Part shown: in pieces, positions 29,313 to 37,893 of the stretch | Numbering within the stretch: position 1 is the stretch's first letter | Layout of the letters: each line of letters starts with the position of its first letter | Virus record (IMG/VR): IMGVR_UViG_3300028887_000087 | DNA length: 64,000 nt | DNA from: a virus | Taxonomy: Duplodnaviria; Heunggongvirae; Uroviricota; Caudoviricetes | Strand: one strand, 5' to 3' | The notes under the pieces: model-generated | The model's input: only the letters and a program-made list of their open reading frames with translations | What the model was told of the DNA's origin: nothing | Databases searched by the model: none | Made by a program: the position numbers and the translations under genes

Positions 29313-29783
29313 ATGACAAAAGCTGAAAGAGAAGAGAAGTTTGCAGGCCGCGTTCACAAGGAAGCAATTCGTTTGTTTGTTTTTTCAAAGGACTGCCCTT
29401 CTTATCTTAACCCATACAATTATGTTCGCAACGCTCTTATGGATAAGTTTGTAGTTGCTGCAAACGATATTCTTGCAAAGAACGAAAAGAACAATTTCGT
29501 TTCAGGCTTTACAGCTTCAGTTGTTCAGCAGATTGAAACAAAGGGTTATGTTTCAAACAATCAGCTTGCTCAGATACAGCGTATCCTTTCTGAAAACGGT
29601 TTCTTGACTGAGGCTGATCTGTCAGCTCTCGAAAATGACGGTGAAAAAGAAAAGGCAGCTCGTTTTGAATATCTTGAGTCACATTACGAGGAACTTTGTT
29701 CAAAGTTTGAACTTCAGGCAACTGAAAACGTTAAGGCTGCAAACCGTGCTTACGCTGCAGGTTTCCATTACAGGAGATGGTAG
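29313..29783 (+). CDS. hypothetical protein (~156 aa)
   Basis: ATG 29313 after AAAGGAGGA RBS (TTG alt 29268). Confidence 0.55.
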   Translation: MTKAEREEKFAGRVHKEAIRLFVFSKDCPSYLNPYNYVRNALMDKFVVAANDILAKNEKNNFVSGFTASVVQQIETKGYVSNNQLAQIQRILSENGFLTEADLSALENDGEKEKAARFEYLESHYEELCSKFELQATENVKAANRAYAAGFHYRRW

Positions 29784-29785
29784 GA

Positions 29786-30349
29786 ATGGAACAGAAGTTT
29801 TTCAAAAACACAAACTTTTATAACGGCTGCGGACCTAAGGGAATTGCAATAAAGTTTTCTCTCCAAAGCTTGAATGTTGCTCGTGCTTTCATAAAAGGTT
29901 GCGGCGGTGTTATTGACAGCGAAAAGTCAAGAGCAGATGCTTATAAGCACGCTCAGTGGCTTATTGACCAAGGCAACTATACATATTATATTGACAACGA
30001 AAACGGTACACCTTTTGAAGACCTTCCTAAAAAAGAACAGGAAAAGATTCACGCGCCTCAGTGGGGTGATAAAGGTAAATGGACTAAATGGACTCCTGAA
30101 CGTATTCTTGAAAGAGACGGTTGGTATGAAGGCGAAGTTTATTGGTTTTCAATTCAAAAAGACAATACTTATACTTATCAACTTATCTTAAAGGAAGGCG
30201 ATTGGATTTTCCGCGAACTTCTTACTTCTGACCCAGTAAAGTTCAGAAAGGCAGAAGATATTGATGGAAATCCTGCAATCCCTTATATGAGTGATTGGGA
30301 AGAAGTTTCAGAAGAAGACTTCGATAAGATAGAAGTAAATGTAGGTTAA
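29786..30349 (+). CDS. hypothetical protein (~187 aa)
   Basis: ATG 29786, CAGGAG RBS. Confidence 0.5.
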   Translation: MEQKFFKNTNFYNGCGPKGIAIKFSLQSLNVARAFIKGCGGVIDSEKSRADAYKHAQWLIDQGNYTYYIDNENGTPFEDLPKKEQEKIHAPQWGDKGKWTKWTPERILERDGWYEGEVYWFSIQKDNTYTYQLILKEGDWIFRELLTSDPVKFRKAEDIDGNPAIPYMSDWEEVSEEDFDKIEVNVG

Positions 30350-30352
30350 TAT
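30345..30352 (+). promoter_or_regulatory. class-2 TTAATAT box 6 nt before ATG 30359 (leaderless candidate)
   Basis: ggttaatatttgtttATG; no SD. Confidence 0.4.
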
Positions 30353-30358
30353 TTGTTT

Positions 30359-31174
30359 ATGGACAAAAAGATACGATTGGCGAAAAAACATTATATTCAC
30401 ACATCAGAACCTGCAAAGTATATTTTTGATTATACGCAGCAGAAGTTCAAATATGTATCTCACTCTTACTTCAATTCAATTCTTGAAGATTACAAAAATA
30501 AGTTGTACAGTTTACGGGAAGACTATGTTGCTGCAAAATGCGAAGCACATCATAAGCAGATTGAAATCGAAGATGCGAAAAAGCATTTGTCATATTCTTA
30601 TATGGAGTACAAAAGTAATCGTAATGAAACAACTTTGGAAAAACTCCGACTTGCAACAAACTCTTATCACATTATAAGAGACGCTTGGAAAGCTCAGGCA
30701 ACTGAAGTTATTCAAATAAGAAATCATATAAAAGAAGTTGAAAGAAAACTTAATTCAATTTGTGAAGTCGTTCCTGCAGATATTTTGACTAAATGTCTTA
30801 CAAAAGAATGGAAGACAAAGAGCGCAGGCCTTCTTTCTGATAAGAGAATTGAACAAAGATGGAATTATATTATTTCATTAGTTAAAGAAGCAAGACACAA
30901 TTCTTATAGTTATCATAATGGCTTTGTAAGAATTATGGGTGATGCTTTTAAGACCAGAAAGATACCTATGATTGCAGAGACTGCTGACCACAATTTTATC
31001 TTTTATTATATTGACAAGCAGTCACACGAAATGATGCCTGTAAATATCAAAACTTTTAAATCTTTAGGAAAAGCCGTAAACGGTATGTTAATATCATTAA
31101 CACAGGAAGAAGGCTTTTCAGCAGAAGACATTGGAAAGAATTTCAGTTTCAAAGCTGAGATAAAATATTTTTAA
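30359..31174 (+). CDS. hypothetical protein (~271 aa)
   Basis: ORF, no SD. Confidence 0.5.
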   Translation: MDKKIRLAKKHYIHTSEPAKYIFDYTQQKFKYVSHSYFNSILEDYKNKLYSLREDYVAAKCEAHHKQIEIEDAKKHLSYSYMEYKSNRNETTLEKLRLATNSYHIIRDAWKAQATEVIQIRNHIKEVERKLNSICEVVPADILTKCLTKEWKTKSAGLLSDKRIEQRWNYIISLVKEARHNSYSYHNGFVRIMGDAFKTRKIPMIAETADHNFIFYYIDKQSHEMMPVNIKTFKSLGKAVNGMLISLTQEEGFSAEDIGKNFSFKAEIKYF

Positions 31175-31195
31175 ATTATTTTTTGGAGGTTGCAA

Positions 31196-32830
31196 ATGAT
31201 GATGGTATTTGCGATTGCGGGAGGAGCAACACTGTTCGTTCTCCTTTTGATTATGTTCTTTGTTGGTTATTTCAAAGCTCCAACAAACAAGTGTTATGTT
31301 ATTTCAGGTTTGAGAAAGACAGCCCGTAAAGTTATCGGTAAGTCCGGTTTCCGTATTCCGTTCCTTGAACGTAAAGATGAACTTACACTCGATTTGATTT
31401 CAGTCGATGTAAAGACACAGGAAGCTGTTCCTACTGCTGAATGTATCAATATTTCAGTTGATGCTGTTGCAAATATTAAGATTGGTACTTCTGAAGAAGC
31501 CTTGGCAAAAGCTGCACAGCACTTCTTAAATAAAGATGCTCGTGACATCAATGCAACTGCCCGTGAGGTTCTTGAAGGAAACTTGCGTGAAATTGTTGGT
31601 ACAATGTCTTTGAAGGCTATGATGAATGACCGTAAAACTTTTGCGGAAGCCGTTCAGCAGAATGCCGTTCCTGACTTGGACCGTATGGGTCTCGAGATTG
31701 TATCTTTCAATGTTCAGAACTTCAGTGACGAGCAGGGTGTAATCAACAACCTCGGTATTGACAATATCGCAACAATTCAGAAGAATGCTTCTATTGCAAA
31801 GGCAAATGCTAACAAGGAAGTTGCTGTTGCAGAAGCAAAAGCTCGTGAGGAAGCAAACGATGCAAAGGTTGCAGCAGATACAGCAATTGCTGAAAAGAAC
31901 AACGCTCTTGAAGTTCGTAAAGCTGAACTCGAAGCTGCCCGCTTGAAGGAAGTTGCAAAGTCTGAAGCTGCAGGTGCTATCGAAAAGGAAACACAGCGTA
32001 AGACAATCGAAATCACAAAGCAGAATGCCGAAATCGCCCGTCTTGAAAAAGAGACTGAGTTGAAGGAACAGGAAATCGCAATCAAGGAAAAGGCTCTTGA
32101 TGCTGAAATCAAAAAGCAGGCTGATGCTGAAAAGTATGCTGCACAGACAAAGGCTGATGCTGAACTTTATGAAAGAACAAAGGCTGCTGAGGCTGAAAAG
32201 ATTGAACGCGAACGCAATGCGGAAGCAAATCTTATTGCTCTTCAGAAGAAAGCTGAAGCTGAAAAGTACGAACAGGAAAAATCTGCTGAAGCTTTGATTG
32301 CAAAAGCTGATGCTGAAAAGAAAGCAAAGGTTGCAGAAGCCGAAGGTCAGAAAGCTCTTGCTGAAGCAATTCAGGCAAAGGGTGAAGCTGAAGCTGCCGC
32401 TGTAAAGGCAAAGCTCCTTGCTGAAGCAGACGGTATCAAACAGAAGGCCCTTGCTGAGGCTGAAGGTTTGAAGGAAAAAGCTGAAGCTATGAAGCAGTAC
32501 GGTGATGCTGCTAAGATGCAGATGGAACTTGATACTTTGAAAGTTCTCTTTACACAGTTGCCTGAGATGGCAAGAGCTGCAGCAGAACCTTGGAGCAAAG
32601 TTGGAAATGTCACAATCTATGGTGGCGGAAAAGACGGTTCAAGTGGTGAAATGCTTACAGGCAACATCACAAAGACAATCACACAGGTTGCAAGCGGCTT
32701 GAAAGACAGCCTCGGTATCGACCTTGGAAGTGTAGTATCATCAATGCTAGCAGGTAAACTTGCAGGCAAAGAACTCGGCGCTGCTCTCGATGCTGCAACA
32801 AAGTCAACAAAGAATCCAAAAAGTGAATAA
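31196..32830 (+). CDS. flotillin-like SPFH/band-7 family membrane protein
   Basis: N-terminal TM helix, SPFH-like domain (PFLERKDELTLDLISVDV...), ~250 aa EA/K-rich flotillin-type coiled-coil repeats; GGAGG RBS. Confidence 0.75.
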   Translation: MMMVFAIAGGATLFVLLLIMFFVGYFKAPTNKCYVISGLRKTARKVIGKSGFRIPFLERKDELTLDLISVDVKTQEAVPTAECINISVDAVANIKIGTSEEALAKAAQHFLNKDARDINATAREVLEGNLREIVGTMSLKAMMNDRKTFAEAVQQNAVPDLDRMGLEIVSFNVQNFSDEQGVINNLGIDNIATIQKNASIAKANANKEVAVAEAKAREEANDAKVAADTAIAEKNNALEVRKAELEAARLKEVAKSEAAGAIEKETQRKTIEITKQNAEIARLEKETELKEQEIAIKEKALDAEIKKQADAEKYAAQTKADAELYERTKAAEAEKIERERNAEANLIALQKKAEAEKYEQEKSAEALIAKADAEKKAKVAEAEGQKALAEAIQAKGEAEAAAVKAKLLAEADGIKQKALAEAEGLKEKAEAMKQYGDAAKMQMELDTLKVLFTQLPEMARAAAEPWSKVGNVTIYGGGKDGSSGEMLTGNITKTITQVASGLKDSLGIDLGSVVSSMLAGKLAGKELGAALDAATKSTKNPKSE

Positions 32831-32855
32831 CAAAATAAATAGTTAAAAAAGTTTT

Positions 32856-32879
32856 GGCGGGTTTCGGCCCGCCTTTTTT
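32856..32879 (+). terminator. Rho-independent terminator (GGCGGG-TTTCGG-CCCGCC + T6), A6 upstream
   Basis: GC stem-loop followed by TTTTTT. Confidence 0.8.
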
Positions 32880-32887
32880 GTTAATAT
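32880..32887 (+). promoter_or_regulatory. class-2 TGTTAATAT box directly after terminator
   Basis: ttttttgttaatataaaataaagaggtttttATG. Confidence 0.35.
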
Positions 32888-32904
32888 AAAATAAAGAGGT
32901 TTTT

Positions 32905-33144
32905 ATGGCAAACGATGGAACAGCAAAGGGAAGAGTTCAGCAAGAACTTGAAGAACTCCGAACAAGAAATCAAAAACTTGGTTGCCTTCTCGGCAAAATA
33001 AAATCAGATAACTGGGTTGCACATCAGAAGCTTTTGAATTCATTATCAAATGAACAGAAAAAGTTGTTGAAAAAGCAGTATGCCGTTCAGAAAGAATATA
33101 TTCGTATTCTTGAGAAAAGATTGAAAATTTGGGTGGAGGAATAA
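32905..33144 (+). CDS. hypothetical protein (79 aa)
   Basis: AAGAGG RBS. Confidence 0.5.
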   Translation: MANDGTAKGRVQQELEELRTRNQKLGCLLGKIKSDNWVAHQKLLNSLSNEQKKLLKKQYAVQKEYIRILEKRLKIWVEE

Positions 33145-33145
33145 G

Positions 33146-33436
33146 ATGGGAGTTTCTTTCGATTGCACAAAAGAAGAACATATTTTCAGAAAGAAGCCTG
33201 TGACTATTGCAGCGATTGGTTGGAATGGTAAAAACTTTGATGCAGTGAAAAAGTTTGCAGGCGATAATGTTTACCTTGAGAACGGTGAATTGATTATCAA
33301 AACTTTGGAAGACGGGGTTGACGGAAAAGTAAAGCACGCAGCAACTGTTGGTGATTTTGTTATTCGTGGTGTTAAAGGTGAATACTACTTCTGCAAACCT
33401 GACATCTTCGAAGCAACTTATGAGGTTGTTGAGTAA
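33146..33436 (+). CDS. hypothetical protein (96 aa)
   Basis: GGAGGA RBS. Confidence 0.5.
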   Translation: MGVSFDCTKEEHIFRKKPVTIAAIGWNGKNFDAVKKFAGDNVYLENGELIIKTLEDGVDGKVKHAATVGDFVIRGVKGEYYFCKPDIFEATYEVVE

Positions 33437-34146
33437 TGCCAGTTGAAGTTAAAGAATGTACAACAAAAACTCCGCTTCAAATGATTGGCGAGTTTGCAGG
33501 TATTTGCTGGGGTGCAAATATCAATGATGCTGAAAAGAATATTGCTCGGGCAATTGATTGTATCGTCTCAGGACACGAAAGAACTGAAGAGTTTCCTGAT
33601 GTTTATCTTGTTCTTAGCGACCATTCAGCAAAATGTATTCGTGAACTTTATACACATATAGGTGGAGCACCTACAAGATTGCAGGCTTCAACTCGTTATA
33701 TTGATTACGAAAAGAAAGGTGTTGAAGTTGTGACACCGCCTTCAATTGGAAAAAATCAAGAAGCTTTGGCTGTATGGAATTCAACTGTTGATACAATCAG
33801 AAACGCAATGAAAGCTTTGAAGGATTATGGAATTCCAAATGAAGACTTGACAAACTTGCTTCCACTTGCGTATAAAACAAAAATGGTTTGGAAGGTTAAT
33901 CTTCGAACACTTGTTCATTTTATGAATATGCGTTTGTGTTCAAGAGCGTATTGGGAAATCCGTGCCCTTTCATTAGAAATCAAAAATGCTTTGGAAAACT
34001 ATTCAGAGGAATGGGCAATTATCTCTGCACATCTTTTTAGACCAAAGTGTGAGGTTTCAGGTTTCTGTACTGAAACAAAATGCTGCGGAAGAGCACCTCA
34101 AAAACAGATGGAATTCAAATATGAGAAAGCTGACAAGAGCCGATAA
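33436..34146 (+). CDS. thyX: flavin-dependent thymidylate synthase ThyX-family protein with divergent RHR motif
   Basis: SGHERTEEF; ...QASTRY; C-terminal VNLRTLVHFMNMRLCSRAYWEIR matches ThyX xNxRxLxHFxxLRxxxxAQWEIR; RHR replaced by REL..TH. Confidence 0.7.
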   Translation: MPVEVKECTTKTPLQMIGEFAGICWGANINDAEKNIARAIDCIVSGHERTEEFPDVYLVLSDHSAKCIRELYTHIGGAPTRLQASTRYIDYEKKGVEVVTPPSIGKNQEALAVWNSTVDTIRNAMKALKDYGIPNEDLTNLLPLAYKTKMVWKVNLRTLVHFMNMRLCSRAYWEIRALSLEIKNALENYSEEWAIISAHLFRPKCEVSGFCTETKCCGRAPQKQMEFKYEKADKSR

Positions 34147-34642
34147 AAAAGTTTTGATTGCAAATCAAAGACGTATTGAAAAAGAGGCAAGATCAGAAAG
34201 AGCTTCAATCTTTAAGTTATGGTTTTGGTTTCACAAAATAAATAAAGCTGCAAAAAAGTATGACATCAACTTTATTGCAATCAAAAGTGATGACCTACAC
34301 GGTTATTCGTATAAATATAAAAAGCCTAATGAAAACGGAGAATTAGAAGTTAAAGACTATCAGCCGTTATGTCGACTTTCTCCTGGGATATGGCAATTTC
34401 CTGAAAAGCATTATAAAGCTTTAAGGGAGAGAATTGATAATGTAAGGGAACATCCTCATATCGTGGTTTTCTTAACTATCCCTTATGTTGATGTAAATCA
34501 ATTAAAACTTGTTGGCTTTGAAAATAATGACGGAAGTGAACTTCCTCGACTTATTTACACAGCTGATAAGCCGAAATATACAAAACTTAACCCATCTTGT
34601 TATAATGATTGGGTAGTATTTACTAAAGAGGTTGTTTTATGA
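34121..34642 (+). CDS. hypothetical protein (~173 aa)
   Basis: ATG 34121 overlapping thyX end. Confidence 0.45.
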   Translation: MRKLTRADKKVLIANQRRIEKEARSERASIFKLWFWFHKINKAAKKYDINFIAIKSDDLHGYSYKYKKPNENGELEVKDYQPLCRLSPGIWQFPEKHYKALRERIDNVREHPHIVVFLTIPYVDVNQLKLVGFENNDGSELPRLIYTADKPKYTKLNPSCYNDWVVFTKEVVL

Positions 34643-35091
34643 ATGTAAGCTATGTTAAAGGTGATATCTTTACTCAGATTGGTTATGAGTTTGTCTTTGC
34701 ACTCGACTCAACTTTCAAATGTGATGTTGGCATTTGCAAACAGTTTGATGACAAATACGGAATTGAGTCAACTTTGAAAGCAATTCCTGTTGAAGCATCA
34801 AAGTGGCGCGGCAATGGTTATTGTATATCTTTTGAAAAGGGCGGAGAAAAGTTTCACGCCTTGGTTGTAAAAGCTTTACCTCAGCAAATCCCAGAGTACG
34901 TTAATATTGCTAAGGCGCTTGCAACTCTTGCTTCTGAAATTAGAGAAAGCGGTTCTGTTATTACAAGAAAGTTGGCTTTTCCACATATTTGCTGCGGCAG
35001 CTACGACAAAAGAGATTGGGACAAAATTGAAGACATTATAAAAGATGCTTTCAAGGATGTTGATGTAGAACTTTTATTTATCGAAAATTAA
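34639..35091 (+). CDS. macro-domain (ADP-ribose binding/processing) protein
   Basis: VKGDIFTQ...EFVFALDSTF...GICKQFDDKYG and KLAFPHICCGSYD match macro GDIT/AIVNAAN/IAFPAISTG pattern. Confidence 0.6.
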   Translation: MNVSYVKGDIFTQIGYEFVFALDSTFKCDVGICKQFDDKYGIESTLKAIPVEASKWRGNGYCISFEKGGEKFHALVVKALPQQIPEYVNIAKALATLASEIRESGSVITRKLAFPHICCGSYDKRDWDKIEDIIKDAFKDVDVELLFIEN

Positions 35092-35127
35092 ACTTTCCAA
35101 AAGTCCTCTTTATATTATATTTGTAAG
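35087..35127 (+). promoter_or_regulatory. class-1 phage promoter-like bipartite motif
   Basis: attaaacttt-N12-tttatattatatttgtaag then AAGGAGGA. Confidence 0.55.
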
Positions 35128-35146
35128 TCAAAATAAGGAGGACTTT

Positions 35147-35518
35147 ATGGTATTTACTTCAGAAGCACAGCTTATCAATCATATGAAACAGGCTTTAGTT
35201 CGTCACAACGACGAAGATCCTGTTCTTGAGGCAAAATACCGCGCCTATCGTGGAGCCGCTCTGGTTCGTATCTTTGAAAATCAAACACGCGACGAACAGG
35301 TTTCTGAGTCGACAAACCGCTTCAACGGTATCGGCTTTACAGGAAGTGACGCAAAGTTCCTTACTTCTCTTGCAAAGCAGTATCAGAGAAAAGGTTTTAT
35401 TTCCGACAAGCAGGACATTTACCTTCGCCGCAAGATTGTAAAATATGCAGGACAGCTTGTTCGCGGTTCAATCGCTGAAGGCAAAATCAAAAAAGAAAAC
35501 GGCAAGTACGTTTGGTAG
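35147..35518 (+). CDS. hypothetical protein (123 aa)
   Basis: AAGGAGGA RBS. Confidence 0.55.
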   Translation: MVFTSEAQLINHMKQALVRHNDEDPVLEAKYRAYRGAALVRIFENQTRDEQVSESTNRFNGIGFTGSDAKFLTSLAKQYQRKGFISDKQDIYLRRKIVKYAGQLVRGSIAEGKIKKENGKYVW

Positions 35519-35527
35519 GAGAACACA

Positions 35528-36034
35528 GTGACAGAAGCACAAATCTTCGCCGAGATTGAAAAAATCGGCGGAGTAAGAAAAGTATACAAATCGACAAGGG
35601 AGCTTCAGAAGCTTTACGGCGGCACGAAAAAGTTTAGTGTTTTAGCTGAAGCTTTGAAGTATTGCGGAAATCCTTGTCATATTTATGGTGTCTCTTGGCA
35701 AGAAGCACAGAAGAAAGGATATAAACAATATGTTCTTAAAGATGGGCTTATTGATTTCTTTGCAAGTAGTTGGTACTCTGCAAGCCACGCAACTTTTTAT
35801 GCGCCGCCGCTCGTTGAGGTACTTGATGAAGTTGTAGAGTTTTTGAAAACTTTAGGACCTAATTACGAAGATTATATTGGATGGACTTCTTGGGACAATG
35901 GCAAGACTGCGTACTCACACAATCGCGACAAATTGCCAAAAGAAGACTGGTTCAAAAAGAAAAGATATTGTCTTGAAGGTGTACTTAATGTTCTTAAGTC
36001 ACACGATCTTGTTATTGAAAAGGAACTTGATTAA
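35528..36034 (+). CDS. hypothetical protein (168 aa, GTG start)
   Basis: AGGAG RBS before GTG 35528. Confidence 0.5.
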   Translation: MTEAQIFAEIEKIGGVRKVYKSTRELQKLYGGTKKFSVLAEALKYCGNPCHIYGVSWQEAQKKGYKQYVLKDGLIDFFASSWYSASHATFYAPPLVEVLDEVVEFLKTLGPNYEDYIGWTSWDNGKTAYSHNRDKLPKEDWFKKKRYCLEGVLNVLKSHDLVIEKELD

Positions 36035-36162
36035 TGGCTCCACTTGAAATGTTATGTGAACGCTGTGGTTGGAATTACGATGTTGTATGTACAGCTGCTG
36101 TTATCACTGTGGTAGTTTTAAGCTTACTCTTTGAATATCTAATTAACAAAAGGAAAAAATAA
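36034..36162 (+). CDS. possible small hydrophobic peptide (42 aa)
   Basis: TAATG coupling; MAPLEMLCERCGWNYDVVCTAAVITVVVLSLLFEYLINKRKK. Confidence 0.3.
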   Translation: MAPLEMLCERCGWNYDVVCTAAVITVVVLSLLFEYLINKRKK

Positions 36163-36163
36163 A

Positions 36164-37888
36164 ATGGGTGCAACAACTTTCTCTGCGATAAACAAAGTTT
36201 GTATGGTTGTGTATCGCAAAAATAAAATAGAAATTCCTGACTCAAAAGAGATTACTCAGCTTATGGAGTATTTTCATATTGAAAAGGAAGAAGCAATACT
36301 CTTTGCTTATTTTACTTATCGAAAGATTGAAGAAAGTTGTGCTTATTTTACGCTTGAAGACTTAAACCGCGACGTTGATGTTTCAATGACAGAAACACTT
36401 TCTTATATTCCTACAATCGAAAACTTGCTTAAGAAAGGTTTGTTCTGCTTAAGAGACAAAATAAAGTTTGACCCAAATGTTCAGAAAGTTGACAGATGGA
36501 CAGCTTTCACAGTTGATGAAGAACTTATTGACTTGATTACTTATAATAAGCCAATTGAAGATTATAAGCCAACTTATTCAACTAAAGTTTACAATGCGGT
36601 TGACTTCATTTCATCAATTTACAATCTCCCAAAAAGAATGTTGCGTTCAAAATACAGTATGTCTCACCACGTTGCGCCTTATATGAAAGACCCTTGGGTT
36701 AAAAAGCTTGTAAACGATTTGGTTGATATGGGTGACGGAAGAGGCAAGAAATGTGAGGATGCTGATAATAGCGATATTATCATAGTCGACCCAATGGGAT
36801 CTTGGACAAACTTCCTTCACTTTTGTATGCTTGCTCGTGAGTTGTGGACAGAAAAGACAGCATCAGTAAAAGGTGTGTTCTCTGATTACGATGTTTCAAC
36901 AAACGATATTATTTATGAACTTAATCAGATAAAGACAGGAAAGTCTGTTCTTATTCAGAAAGAATATTTTGAATTGGACAAGACTGATATTGCCGATAAT
37001 ATTGAAGTAATATGGGGACCTAGAGTTCTCAAGGCTTTTGAAGGCTACGAAGACTTATTGCTTCAGGAAAGCTCAGGCAAAGAATTGCAGAAAATTGAGT
37101 TTAAGGACATTAAGCCAAAAAACTTATATTATAACGAATCTAATGAAAAAGACATCGAACGTCTTGAAAGTATTATGAAGGAAGAAAATTACCTTCAGTT
37201 GAGAAAGCGTCTTGACGAAAAGGGATTGCCAAAAGGCCTCACAGTACTTTTATACGGAGCACCTGGGACAGGTAAAACTGAAACAGTTATGCAGCTTGCA
37301 AAAAAGACAGGACGCGATGTGTATCATTTGAATATTGAACAAATAAAAAGTTGTTGGGTGGGTGAATCTGAAAAGAACATCAAGGCTATCTTCAAATCTT
37401 ATTACGCATCAAAAGCAAAGATTAAGCCTATACTTCTTTTCAATGAAGCTGATGCCATTATTTCAAAAAGAACATCAGTAGACGGCTCAAATGCAGCAGT
37501 GACAAAGATGGAGAACGCAATTCAAAACTTGCTTCTTGAGGAACTCGAAAAGTTTGACGGTATTTTTATTGCAACGACTAACCGCGCCACTGACATTGAC
37601 TCTGCATTCGACCGAAGACTCCTTTTCAAATTGAAGTTCGAAAATCCGAACGTACCTGTGAAGGTAAAAATTTGGAAGGACCGTTTGGACTGGCTTGACG
37701 ACAATGATGCAAACAAATTAGCAGAACGTTATGACTTATCAGGTGGACAAATTGACAACATTTATCGCAAGTCAGAAATCGACTATCTACTCTACGGCAA
37801 AAAGCCGAGTGTAGATGAATTGCTTGATTTCTGTAAGAAAGAAAAGTTAGGAAATGAAGGCAGTTCTAAAATAGGATTTTGCAACTAA
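36164..37888 (+). CDS. AAA+ family ATPase (SpoVK/CbbX-like AAA domain at C-terminus)
   Basis: Walker A GAPGTGKTE, Walker B LLFNEAD, sensor IFIATTNR, arginine finger FDRRL. Confidence 0.8.
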   Translation: MGATTFSAINKVCMVVYRKNKIEIPDSKEITQLMEYFHIEKEEAILFAYFTYRKIEESCAYFTLEDLNRDVDVSMTETLSYIPTIENLLKKGLFCLRDKIKFDPNVQKVDRWTAFTVDEELIDLITYNKPIEDYKPTYSTKVYNAVDFISSIYNLPKRMLRSKYSMSHHVAPYMKDPWVKKLVNDLVDMGDGRGKKCEDADNSDIIIVDPMGSWTNFLHFCMLARELWTEKTASVKGVFSDYDVSTNDIIYELNQIKTGKSVLIQKEYFELDKTDIADNIEVIWGPRVLKAFEGYEDLLLQESSGKELQKIEFKDIKPKNLYYNESNEKDIERLESIMKEENYLQLRKRLDEKGLPKGLTVLLYGAPGTGKTETVMQLAKKTGRDVYHLNIEQIKSCWVGESEKNIKAIFKSYYASKAKIKPILLFNEADAIISKRTSVDGSNAAVTKMENAIQNLLLEELEKFDGIFIATTNRATDIDSAFDRRLLFKLKFENPNVPVKVKIWKDRLDWLDDNDANKLAERYDLSGGQIDNIYRKSEIDYLLYGKKPSVDELLDFCKKEKLGNEGSSKIGFCN

Positions 37889-37893
37889 CTAAA

